From a virus, in the IMG/VR virus record IMGVR_UViG_3300036399_001297, positions 1 through 64,000 of that record: 64,000 nt of DNA; one strand, given 5' to 3'. A program made the translations under genes and the position numbers. Below, one piece after another: positions 19,126-27,923 of the stretch (positions within the stretch are counted from its first letter, which is position 1; each line of letters starts with the position of its first letter). The notes below the pieces were generated by a model, which saw only the letters and a list, made by a program, of their open reading frames with translations, did not search any database and was not told where the DNA came from.

Positions 19126-19969
19126 AAAAATTGGGTGTGCTTTAATAACCTGTGATAGACCCGATTTTTATAAAAAATCGTTAAATTCTTTATTGGATGC
19201 GGCTCAAGATAAAAATATAGAATATGTTGTAATAAATGATGGATTAGATAAGCTTCCCCTTTATCCTGTTAATTTTATCGAAACTGGTGGTAAAAAAGGC
19301 GTTGCTGTTGCTAAAAATCTAGGGTTAAAATTTTTGATTGATACCGGATGCACACATTTATTTTTAATGGAGGACGACATTGAGATAGTTGATAATAATG
19401 TATTTTCTGAATATATAAAAACCTCAAAAAAGACCGGAATAAAACATTTAAATTTTGGATTGCACGGAAACCATAATAGAGATTCTTTCGGGAATCCTAC
19501 TATTATAAAATCTATTAATTATGGAAATAATACTATTATAGATTTATACCCAAATATTTTAGGAGCATTTAGTTACTATCATAAATCAGTAATAGAAAAA
19601 ATTGGTTTTATAGATGAAGAATATTATTTAAGTATGGAACATGTAGATCATACATATAAAGCATCTTTAAATAACTATACAAGCCCTTGGAGATATTTTG
19701 CGGATATTCATAGATCGCATGAATATCTTATAGATATTGTACCAGACCATCAACAAAGTAAAATTAGAAACGAATCAAATTTTCAAGAAATTTTTAAAAA
19801 AGGATTAGATCTTTTTATAAAAAAGAATGGTTTCAGCGTTGTACAAGGATACGGACCCAAAGAAAATTTTGTAGATGAAAAAACCTGTAGAGAAAAACTT
19901 AAAGAAATTTATCACATGACAAATATTTTACCTACAGCAGAATCTACCAAATTATCAACCCAAGCATAG
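19115..19969 (+). CDS. glycosyltransferase family 2
   Basis: ITCDRP, VINDG, GVAVAKN, LMEDD, IGFIDEEY..MEHVD; start at MENEKIG. Confidence 0.88.
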   Translation: MENEKIGCALITCDRPDFYKKSLNSLLDAAQDKNIEYVVINDGLDKLPLYPVNFIETGGKKGVAVAKNLGLKFLIDTGCTHLFLMEDDIEIVDNNVFSEYIKTSKKTGIKHLNFGLHGNHNRDSFGNPTIIKSINYGNNTIIDLYPNILGAFSYYHKSVIEKIGFIDEEYYLSMEHVDHTYKASLNNYTSPWRYFADIHRSHEYLIDIVPDHQQSKIRNESNFQEIFKKGLDLFIKKNGFSVVQGYGPKENFVDEKTCREKLKEIYHMTNILPTAESTKLSTQA

Positions 19970-20790
19970 ACTTCGGTTTCAAAATAGGAAATAATATCAT
20001 CTATTTCTTCTTGAAGTTCTGGTGTTATTTGTACAGAATACGGACCTTGAGGAGTTCCCCAAGTAAAATATGTAGGCAAAACTTTAGGAAATTCTCTATT
20101 AAAAACAATTTTTCCGGTTATTATATATTGAGCTATTACTTCATTTGTAAACTCATAAACATTTCTTAATTTTCTATCTCTTGCTGATTTAAAAGTACCT
20201 AGAGCATGAGCAACTTGTCTTTGAATTTCTCTTATATTTCTTATTTTTTTAAAATCGGGTTCATAACTAGAAACTTTTAAATTTCTTTTATAAATTTTTT
20301 CGGAAACACTATTGATCATTTTTTGAAGCATATTATCAAGTTGAATATATTCGTAACTATTACCATTAATATCACCAGATCTTCTTAGAGCATGACCGAA
20401 TCGATGCGCTAATGTCCACGCAGTAGTAGGTACTTTTTCGGCTCCTTTATTATTAGTAAAAAAAATTGTAATATTATTTTCATTAATAGGAATATCTAAT
20501 TTTAATTTATCTCTAATAAAATAAGGATCTACTTCGCCAACTTCGGTATATTTCCATCCTTCTTTTGTAGAAACCATATAGATATCAAAATCCTGTCTGG
20601 TTTTAGCCCAAAGTTTTTTTATTTTTTCTACACCAGCATTACTAGTTAATATACCACGACTTGCCTTATCGTATCCTCTTTTTTTAGAAGTCGGTTCCCA
20701 TTCACCAACTAAATTAAAACTATCTATCGGTGCCTCTTTTAATAAATTAGAATATATGTTTTCTAAAAAAATTTGATCATTATCTCTCAT
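19912..20790 (-). CDS. hypothetical late protein
   Basis: 292 aa; MRDNDQIFLENIYSNLLKE; WTLAHRFGHAL resembles a zincin HExxH with E replaced by R. Confidence 0.65.
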   Translation of the reverse strand: MRDNDQIFLENIYSNLLKEAPIDSFNLVGEWEPTSKKRGYDKASRGILTSNAGVEKIKKLWAKTRQDFDIYMVSTKEGWKYTEVGEVDPYFIRDKLKLDIPINENNITIFFTNNKGAEKVPTTAWTLAHRFGHALRRSGDINGNSYEYIQLDNMLQKMINSVSEKIYKRNLKVSSYEPDFKKIRNIREIQRQVAHALGTFKSARDRKLRNVYEFTNEVIAQYIITGKIVFNREFPKVLPTYFTWGTPQGPYSVQITPELQEEIDDIISYFETEVYAWVDNLVDSAVGKIFVM

Positions 20791-21059
20791 TTTTTCTTTT
20801 TTCTTTTTTTAGGAACACAGTTAGGAACCATTCTTTTTCCCTTTTTCTTCATTCCTTGCTGCTCATATCCTTCCCAACAAGCTTCTAATATCATATTAAA
20901 ATCTAAATATGATTCTGTCTGAGATTCGTTTTCACTAGATGATATAGCACCGATTTGAGCTACTGCTTTCTTTTTAGTACCATGCGTACCAAAACATTTA
21001 TTTCCTGCTTTTTTACAAACTTTATATTTATTACCGGATTTTTTTATAGTGTAGGGCAT
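20787..21059 (-). CDS. small basic Cys-containing late protein
   Basis: start MPYTIKK at 21059, 5 nt after TAAGTA; C-terminal EACWEGYEQQGMKKKGKRMVPNCVP. Confidence 0.65.
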   Translation of the reverse strand: MPYTIKKSGNKYKVCKKAGNKCFGTHGTKKKAVAQIGAISSSENESQTESYLDFNMILEACWEGYEQQGMKKKGKRMVPNCVPKKRKKKK

Positions 21060-21073
21060 ATTATTACTTATTA

Positions 21074-22573
21074 CTAACAATTAGCATTATCGTATGTACA
21101 AGATCCATCGTCACACATATAGTTAACATTTGGATTATAATTAGATGAACAATAGTCTGTACATCCTCTTACTTCTGGTAAACATGAACCATCATCAAAT
21201 TGAGCCGAATAACTATAATTCGAAGAACATGGATTTGTACAACCAAAATATTCAGGACAATTTGCATAATCGTAATTACAAGACCCATCATCACATAAAA
21301 CAGATGGGTTATAGTTAGATGAACAATAATCATTTAAACAACCCTTACTTTCAGCATTACACGATCCGTCATCTATTACCGCAGTATAATCATAATTCGA
21401 TGAACATGGATTTGTACATCCATATGTTATTAGAGTTCCGATTGCGTTTTGATATTCTATTGGATATCCGCCATATTGATCGGTGCAATTTGAACAAGTT
21501 CTACTTTGTTGAAAGTATTGTCCTTGCGGAACAGTGGAAGGATCAGGTGTCCAAGATGTCCAATTTGGTGTTGTAATACCAACAGCAGATTTAGTTTGAT
21601 TCGTAAAACAACCTCCCAAGTCACTTCTAGATTGTGTGAAAATTGTATTAAAGCAATAGTTAGTCGGTTCTGGTGTCCAATTTGACCAATTAGGAGTTGT
21701 ACAAGGTTCTGAATACTCATAGGTTCTTATAACACCGCTTTCACATTTAACGCCTGCCCAAGATACACTTCCAACTTCAGGTGGACATGTACCACAATTC
21801 TGCGAACTTGCGTATCTTCCGTATTCATCATAATTCCATATATATTCTCCTAATTGAATAAATTCACAATTCGTTTCTCTGCCATAACCATATCTTAAAT
21901 TTGGTTGTATCGTACATGTGAAATTTAATATACAATCACCTCCGGTATTACAATATGGATCATAATAACTAAGAATACTACCACTACCGAAACCACTGCA
22001 ATCATCTGGACCGCAACTTCCAGTATGATATGCAGAATCTGGTGGATACTCAATTTTCATTTCTCTTGTTTTGTAATAAGTACCGTTAGATAAAAATTTA
22101 CAGCTTGTATTTACTATAGGTGCTGGCGGCGTCCATTCGGGTAAAACTATTAAAGTAGGCGTAGGATTAGGTGTATTAGTAGGTGTTCCTGTTGGTGTAT
22201 TAGTAGGTGTTCCTGTTGGTGTATTAGTAGGCGTCTCTGTCGGAGTATTAGTAGGTGTCTCTGTCGGAGTATTTGTTGGTATAGGTGTATTAGTAGGTGT
22301 TCCTGTAGGTGTTATAGTGGGATTATTAGTAGGTAAAGGTGTATTAGTAGGTGTTCCGGTAGGAGTGCTAGTAGGAACCAGAGACGGTACAGGCGTGGGT
22401 GTAGGAGGAACTGGTGTAGAAGTAGGTCTAGGTGTGGGGGTAGGTGTATACAAATAGTCAGTATCACAACACGTAATTGTTTTACCATCAAGACATTCAA
22501 AAACCATATGTGGAATTTTTCCATAATCCACAGATTTAAAACGACCTCCAGCTAAATTTATTTTATTATACAC
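21074..22573 (-). CDS. Pro/Thr-stalk, Cys-rich repeat protein (putative virion surface fibre)
   Basis: GTG start 6 nt after TAAGTA; TPTNT repeats; two W[ST]xWTP units; four GC[TL][ND]..SSNY...DDGSC repeats. Confidence 0.78.
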   Translation of the reverse strand: MYNKINLAGGRFKSVDYGKIPHMVFECLDGKTITCCDTDYLYTPTPTPRPTSTPVPPTPTPVPSLVPTSTPTGTPTNTPLPTNNPTITPTGTPTNTPIPTNTPTETPTNTPTETPTNTPTGTPTNTPTGTPTNTPNPTPTLIVLPEWTPPAPIVNTSCKFLSNGTYYKTREMKIEYPPDSAYHTGSCGPDDCSGFGSGSILSYYDPYCNTGGDCILNFTCTIQPNLRYGYGRETNCEFIQLGEYIWNYDEYGRYASSQNCGTCPPEVGSVSWAGVKCESGVIRTYEYSEPCTTPNWSNWTPEPTNYCFNTIFTQSRSDLGGCFTNQTKSAVGITTPNWTSWTPDPSTVPQGQYFQQSRTCSNCTDQYGGYPIEYQNAIGTLITYGCTNPCSSNYDYTAVIDDGSCNAESKGCLNDYCSSNYNPSVLCDDGSCNYDYANCPEYFGCTNPCSSNYSYSAQFDDGSCLPEVRGCTDYCSSNYNPNVNYMCDDGSCTYDNANC

Positions 22574-22644
22574 TTTGAATACTTATTTTTTTTTACAAAA
22601 AATATTGATATTTATTGTTTTTGTAATAATATATAATATAAATT

Positions 22645-24105
22645 ATGCCAAAAATTGGAGTAGCTATTATAACCTTTAACAGACCCGACTATTATAAACA
22701 AGTATTAGAAAAGATACCAAAAAATAAAATAGATCATTTAATTGTTATAAATGATGGTAAAAATGTATATGTTGAAAATAATGATGCTGATTGTGTTATA
22801 AAAAATAATACTCAATTAGGGGTAGCCATTTCAAAAAATAAAGCTCTAAAAATTTTAATAGAAAAATACGAGTGTGATTATATCTTTATAGTCGAAGATG
22901 ATGTTTTAATTTTAGATGAAAACGTTTTTGATATTTATATTGATACTGCAAATATTTTTGGGGTGCATCATTTAAATTTTGAAAAGGTTGCAGGAAATGA
23001 TAAGACTTTAAAATATTCGTATGAATCACCGTCAGGACATTCTATTGGTTTTTATCACAACCCTCAAGGAGCATTTTCATTTTTCAATAGCAATATAATT
23101 AAAAAGTTAGGATACTTTGATGAAAATTATACTAATGCATTTGAACATATTGATTTAGAATATAATTTAGCTAAAAATAAAGTAGCACCACCCTTTTGGT
23201 ATTTTCCTGATGTTTTACATTCCGACAAACTTTTAACTACCATTGAAGGAAGTGATGAAAATTCTACTATAACAAATAAAGAAAAATACAGAGAAAATTG
23301 GGATAAATCAGCCGAATATTTTGTAAAGAAACATGGATTTTTTACAAATACGATTCAAGAAATAGATAAAAAACTTCTACCGATGTTTTTAATACATCTT
23401 GAAAAAAATTATAGCAGAAAAAAACTATACAATAAGAATAAAAAGTTAGCAATCATAATTCCTTACAGAGACAGAAAATTAGCATTGGATACTATTATAC
23501 CAAAACTGTCCGAATATGTGTCAAAACAAGTTGAAAATTTTGAAATGTTTGTTGTAGAACAAGACAATAATAATCCTTTTAATAAAGGACTATTAAACAA
23601 TCTCGGATTTTTAATAAATCCTGATTTTGATTATTATTGTTTTCATGATGTTGATTTGATACCAGAATTTTCGGATTATTCTTATCCCGAAAAACCAACA
23701 CATTTAAGTTCTCATTGTAGTCAATTTAATTATATTAATATTCCAGATAAAATAATGGGAGGAGTTATAACTTTTCAAAAAGAACATTTTATAAAAGTAA
23801 ACGGATATCCTAACAATTTTGAAGGATGGGGGAAAGAAGATGATTGCTTATATTTGAGATGTGAAAAAAATAATTTAAATCCGTATAAACATCCATTCGG
23901 CCGATATTTTTCAGTACCTCATCAACATAGATTAACAAATGAAATTGAAAATGAATTACATCTAAAAAACGGTAAAAAGTTTAAAGAAGAATCCGAAGGA
24001 TTATCTAACGGAGATATCAATGGGTTATCAACCATTGACATTAATAAATTTTTACTTAATATTAAGAAGGAAAATTTATATACACATATAAAAATTAAAT
24101 TATAA
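22645..24105 (+). CDS. two-domain glycosyltransferase: GT2 plus GT7 (beta-1,4-galactosyltransferase-like)
   Basis: N-domain ITFNRP, VINDG, VEDD; C-domain IIIPYRDR, FNKGLLNN, FHDVDLIP, NGYPNNFEGWGKEDD. Confidence 0.9.
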   Translation: MPKIGVAIITFNRPDYYKQVLEKIPKNKIDHLIVINDGKNVYVENNDADCVIKNNTQLGVAISKNKALKILIEKYECDYIFIVEDDVLILDENVFDIYIDTANIFGVHHLNFEKVAGNDKTLKYSYESPSGHSIGFYHNPQGAFSFFNSNIIKKLGYFDENYTNAFEHIDLEYNLAKNKVAPPFWYFPDVLHSDKLLTTIEGSDENSTITNKEKYRENWDKSAEYFVKKHGFFTNTIQEIDKKLLPMFLIHLEKNYSRKKLYNKNKKLAIIIPYRDRKLALDTIIPKLSEYVSKQVENFEMFVVEQDNNNPFNKGLLNNLGFLINPDFDYYCFHDVDLIPEFSDYSYPEKPTHLSSHCSQFNYINIPDKIMGGVITFQKEHFIKVNGYPNNFEGWGKEDDCLYLRCEKNNLNPYKHPFGRYFSVPHQHRLTNEIENELHLKNGKKFKEESEGLSNGDINGLSTIDINKFLLNIKKENLYTHIKIKL

Positions 24106-24107
24106 TC

Positions 24108-24647
24108 ATGAATAAAAAATTATCAATTTTGATGTGCGGTTTGAAAGACAGAGAGCCGCTATTAATGAACTTGGCTAAAATTTTGAAAACTCAAGGTGAT
24201 GGGCGTATAGAAATATTAGCAAATATAGACGCAGGAGAATCCTCTATTGGAAAAAAAAGAAATGAACTTTTATATTCTGCAAAAGGAGAATATGTTTGTT
24301 TCGTTGATGACGATGATATGATATCACCATATTACATATCAAAAATATTAAATGGTATAGAAACAAATCCTGACTGTGTAGGTATTAAAGGTGTGATAGT
24401 ACAACGAAATATACAACCAAGAATATTTATACATTCGGTACAATATAAGGATTGGTACGAAGAAAATAAAATATATTATAGGTGTCCAAATCATTTAAAC
24501 CCAATAAAAAGAGAAATAGCCAAACAAGTAGGATTTCCTGATGTATCCTATCATGAAGATCAAAATTTTTCATTAAGAGTTAAAGACCTTTTAAAAACCG
24601 AATCGTTTATAGACGAACCACTTTATTTTTATTATCCATCAAAATAA
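24108..24647 (+). CDS. glycosyltransferase family 2
   Basis: SIGKKRNELL..AKGEYVCFVDDDD, ED acceptor motif. Confidence 0.88.
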   Translation: MNKKLSILMCGLKDREPLLMNLAKILKTQGDGRIEILANIDAGESSIGKKRNELLYSAKGEYVCFVDDDDMISPYYISKILNGIETNPDCVGIKGVIVQRNIQPRIFIHSVQYKDWYEENKIYYRCPNHLNPIKREIAKQVGFPDVSYHEDQNFSLRVKDLLKTESFIDEPLYFYYPSK

Positions 24648-24648
24648 T

Positions 24649-25914
24649 ATGCAGACAGATCATAAACTTTTAATCAAATTTCCCACCAGAAACAGACCAG
24701 AAAAATTTTTTTCGGTTCTTGATGAATATATAAAAAAGGCAAATAATTTAAACAAAATTGCTTTCCTGATTACTCTTGATAATGACGATCAATCTATGAA
24801 AAAAAATATCCATAGATTGGAAGAGTATAAAAAAATATGTAAATTAGTATATTTTTTCGGTGACAGCAAAACGAAAATACAAGCTTGTAACGCAGACATA
24901 AATAAGGTTTCTGGTTGGGATATTATTTTATTGGCCTCTGATGATATGATTCCGATTATAAATGGATACGATGATATTATTAGAAAAGATATGAATGATT
25001 TTTTTGGGGATATGGACGGAGTTTTGTGGTATAATGATGGCGGACAAAATCGAATCAATACCCTTTCTATATTAGGAAAAAAATACTACGAGAGATTTGG
25101 TTATATTTATCATCCAGATTATATTAGCCTTTGGTGCGATAACGAATTCACCGAAGTATCGGAACGTTTAAATAAAGTATATAAATCCGATAAAATTATT
25201 ATAGAACATAAACATCCAGCATACCAAAAAACAAATTATGATGAATTGTATGTAAGAAACGAATCATACTTTAGCATAGATAAAGAAATATACGAAAGAA
25301 GAAACGCTAAAAATTTTGATTTAGATGAAAAAGATTATCCTATAAGTTTATCGATTTTGACTCCGTCCGTACCAGAAAGGATAGAATCGCATCTAATTCC
25401 TCTTTTAAATAAAATTAAAGGTCAAATCGGAGATTTGCCAATAGAACATTTAGTTTTAATAGATAATAAAAAAAGAAGCATTGGTTATAAAAGAGATAGT
25501 TTGGTGAAAACCGCTAAAGGAAAATATTTGGCGTTTGTTGATGACGATGATGATATATCAGAAGATTATGTTTCTGAATTATATGACGCAATATCAAAAA
25601 CTAATGTAGATGTGATAACATTTGACCAATATTGTTATGTCAACGATAATGGAGTTAGTGTTATAAATTTTTCATTGAATCATAAAGAAAATGAAAATTA
25701 CCGCCCAAACTCTAATATAAAAAGAATGCCTTTCCATGTGTGCGCTTGGAGAAGTAAAATAGCCCAAAAATATGATTTTGTCGATTTAAATTACTCCGAA
25801 GATTGGTATTGGTGTGAGCAACTTTTAAAAGAAACAAAAACAGAATTTCATATAGATAAAATTTTACACTCATATATCTATAGTGATAAAGTTACAACAA
25901 CACCTCATAGATAA
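24649..25914 (+). CDS. two-domain GT-A glycosyltransferase
   Basis: PTRNRP..LASDDM..WCDNE domain followed by SIGYKR..AKGKYLAFVDDDD..SED domain. Confidence 0.87.
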   Translation: MQTDHKLLIKFPTRNRPEKFFSVLDEYIKKANNLNKIAFLITLDNDDQSMKKNIHRLEEYKKICKLVYFFGDSKTKIQACNADINKVSGWDIILLASDDMIPIINGYDDIIRKDMNDFFGDMDGVLWYNDGGQNRINTLSILGKKYYERFGYIYHPDYISLWCDNEFTEVSERLNKVYKSDKIIIEHKHPAYQKTNYDELYVRNESYFSIDKEIYERRNAKNFDLDEKDYPISLSILTPSVPERIESHLIPLLNKIKGQIGDLPIEHLVLIDNKKRSIGYKRDSLVKTAKGKYLAFVDDDDDISEDYVSELYDAISKTNVDVITFDQYCYVNDNGVSVINFSLNHKENENYRPNSNIKRMPFHVCAWRSKIAQKYDFVDLNYSEDWYWCEQLLKETKTEFHIDKILHSYIYSDKVTTTPHR

Positions 25915-26604
25915 ATGAAAAAAATGATAACTTTTTGTCTTTTTGGTGATAAAAAGATCTTTCAAGAGGGGGCAATTAAAAACATAAAATTGTCTCAAGA
26001 AATATATCCAGATTGGATATTAAAATTTTATGTATTCAAAGAAGATTTTAATTTTTCATCAAGACTCGAAAACTATAAAAATGTAGAAGTTGAAAAAATT
26101 GATAAAGATGGAGGGTTTTATTCGACTATTTATAGATTTTTACCATTAAGCGATCCGAGTATTAATTATTTTATATCAAGAGATTGCGATTCTCGTATAT
26201 CTTATAGGGAGAAACTTGCGGTAGATGAATGGATAAATTCAAATAAATGTTTTCATATAATGAAAGATCATCCTTTTCATATAACACCGGAATATCCTAT
26301 TTTAGCTGGTATGTTTGGATCAAAGGGAGGCATTTTTCCTGATATTAAAAACTATATGAAAAATATATGTAAAAATTTTGAGGATCAAAAAGGAATAGAT
26401 CAAAAGTTTTTATACCATTTATATCATGATTATGTAAAAAATGATTATATATTGCATCATTCTGAAAACTTTCCTACACCTAGAGACTTTAAAAAAGATA
26501 AAATATTTTTTGTGGGTCAAGCCTTTGATGAGAATGATAATTTTCACGCCAACTGGAAAGTTGATTTAGAAAAATTAGGTATAAATATAAATAACTATCA
26601 ATGA
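25915..26604 (+). CDS. putative glycosyltransferase (GT-A-like)
   Basis: YRFLPL, ISRDCDSR, HIMKDHP.H, ILAGMFG, DQKFL. Confidence 0.65.
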   Translation: MKKMITFCLFGDKKIFQEGAIKNIKLSQEIYPDWILKFYVFKEDFNFSSRLENYKNVEVEKIDKDGGFYSTIYRFLPLSDPSINYFISRDCDSRISYREKLAVDEWINSNKCFHIMKDHPFHITPEYPILAGMFGSKGGIFPDIKNYMKNICKNFEDQKGIDQKFLYHLYHDYVKNDYILHHSENFPTPRDFKKDKIFFVGQAFDENDNFHANWKVDLEKLGININNYQ

Positions 26605-27275
26605 TTTATATATATCATCATTTAGGTCTAGGGGATCATATAATATGTAATGGTTTGGTCAGATCGTTAATAAAAAATAATTTAGAATATACTTTGTTCG
26701 TTAGACCCCAATATTTAAATAGTGTTAAATATATGTATAAGGATTTAACAAATTTATCATTTAAAGAAGGATGTGATAACAGTATAAATAATTTTTTATA
26801 TAGTATAGATGTTCACAATCAAATTAGAATAGGATTTATACAAGCACCAGAAAATTATTCTTGGGATGAATATTTTTATATCCAAAAAAACATATCATTC
26901 ATAAATAGATGGGAAATGTTTAAAATAGATAGAGATTTTTATAAAGAAGATGAACTGTTTAATAAATTAAATCCAGAAAATTCTAAATTTGCTTTGATAC
27001 ATAATGCTGGTAGTGATGGTAATGATCGTATAGATTATTCTAAAATAGATCCAACCTTAAAAATTATTAAAGTTTCTCCCGAACACACAGATAACATTTT
27101 TAGTTATTTAGGATTGGTTTATAGAGCAGAAGAGATACATTGCGTAGAATCTTGTTTTAATGTGTTAGTTGATTCTCTAGACGTTAATACTAAATTATTT
27201 TATCACAAAAATCATAATAGAAGAAGTGTAGAAAAAAATCAACATAAACTTAAAAAACAATGGATTATAGTATAA
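26601..27275 (+). CDS. putative glycosyltransferase (GT-B, GT9/fucosyltransferase-like)
   Basis: HHLGLGDHIICNGLVR and AEEIHCVESCF (DS-type motif). Confidence 0.6.
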   Translation: MIYIYHHLGLGDHIICNGLVRSLIKNNLEYTLFVRPQYLNSVKYMYKDLTNLSFKEGCDNSINNFLYSIDVHNQIRIGFIQAPENYSWDEYFYIQKNISFINRWEMFKIDRDFYKEDELFNKLNPENSKFALIHNAGSDGNDRIDYSKIDPTLKIIKVSPEHTDNIFSYLGLVYRAEEIHCVESCFNVLVDSLDVNTKLFYHKNHNRRSVEKNQHKLKKQWIIV

Positions 27276-27910
27276 AAAATTTTGAAGAATATTATGATGT
27301 ATTACCAAACGGATTAATACATCAAAAAAAAATTATAAATGAAATTAAAAAATATGATTTTGAATATGTAAATGATCGATACAATTTGTATGGCGATCAA
27401 TGCGATATGATGTCTTATTTAAGGTATGGTTTTTTAATGGGTGCTATAAAAGAAATACCAAAATCTATATTGGATGTTGGGTATGGTAATGGAAGTTTTT
27501 TAAAAATATGTAAAAATTCAATTAAAACTTGTTATGGTAATGATATTTCGGGGTATCCCTTACCTAAAAATGTTTATTTCGTGGATGATATAACAAAAGA
27601 TTATTACGATGTTATTAGTTTTTTCGATGTTTTAGAGCATTTTGGTGATATAAATATAATAAAAAAATTAAATTGTAAATATATTTATATAAGTGTTCCA
27701 GAGTGTCATTTTATTAACAAAGAATGGTTTTGGAATTGGAAGCATCGTAGACCAGACGAACATTTATGGCACTTCAATATTGATTCTATAACGTCTTTTT
27801 TTAAAACAAATGGTTTCGATTTAGTTTCATCATCAAACGTGGAAGATATCATCAGAAAACCTTCCGACGAAACATCAAATATTTTATCTTGTGTTTTCCA
27901 AAAAAAATAA
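27260..27910 (+). CDS. class I SAM-dependent methyltransferase
   Basis: ILDVGYGNGSF, YDVISFFDVLEH, EHLWHF. Confidence 0.88.
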   Translation: MDYSIKNFEEYYDVLPNGLIHQKKIINEIKKYDFEYVNDRYNLYGDQCDMMSYLRYGFLMGAIKEIPKSILDVGYGNGSFLKICKNSIKTCYGNDISGYPLPKNVYFVDDITKDYYDVISFFDVLEHFGDINIIKKLNCKYIYISVPECHFINKEWFWNWKHRRPDEHLWHFNIDSITSFFKTNGFDLVSSSNVEDIIRKPSDETSNILSCVFQKK

Positions 27911-27923
27911 TATAATATTTTAA

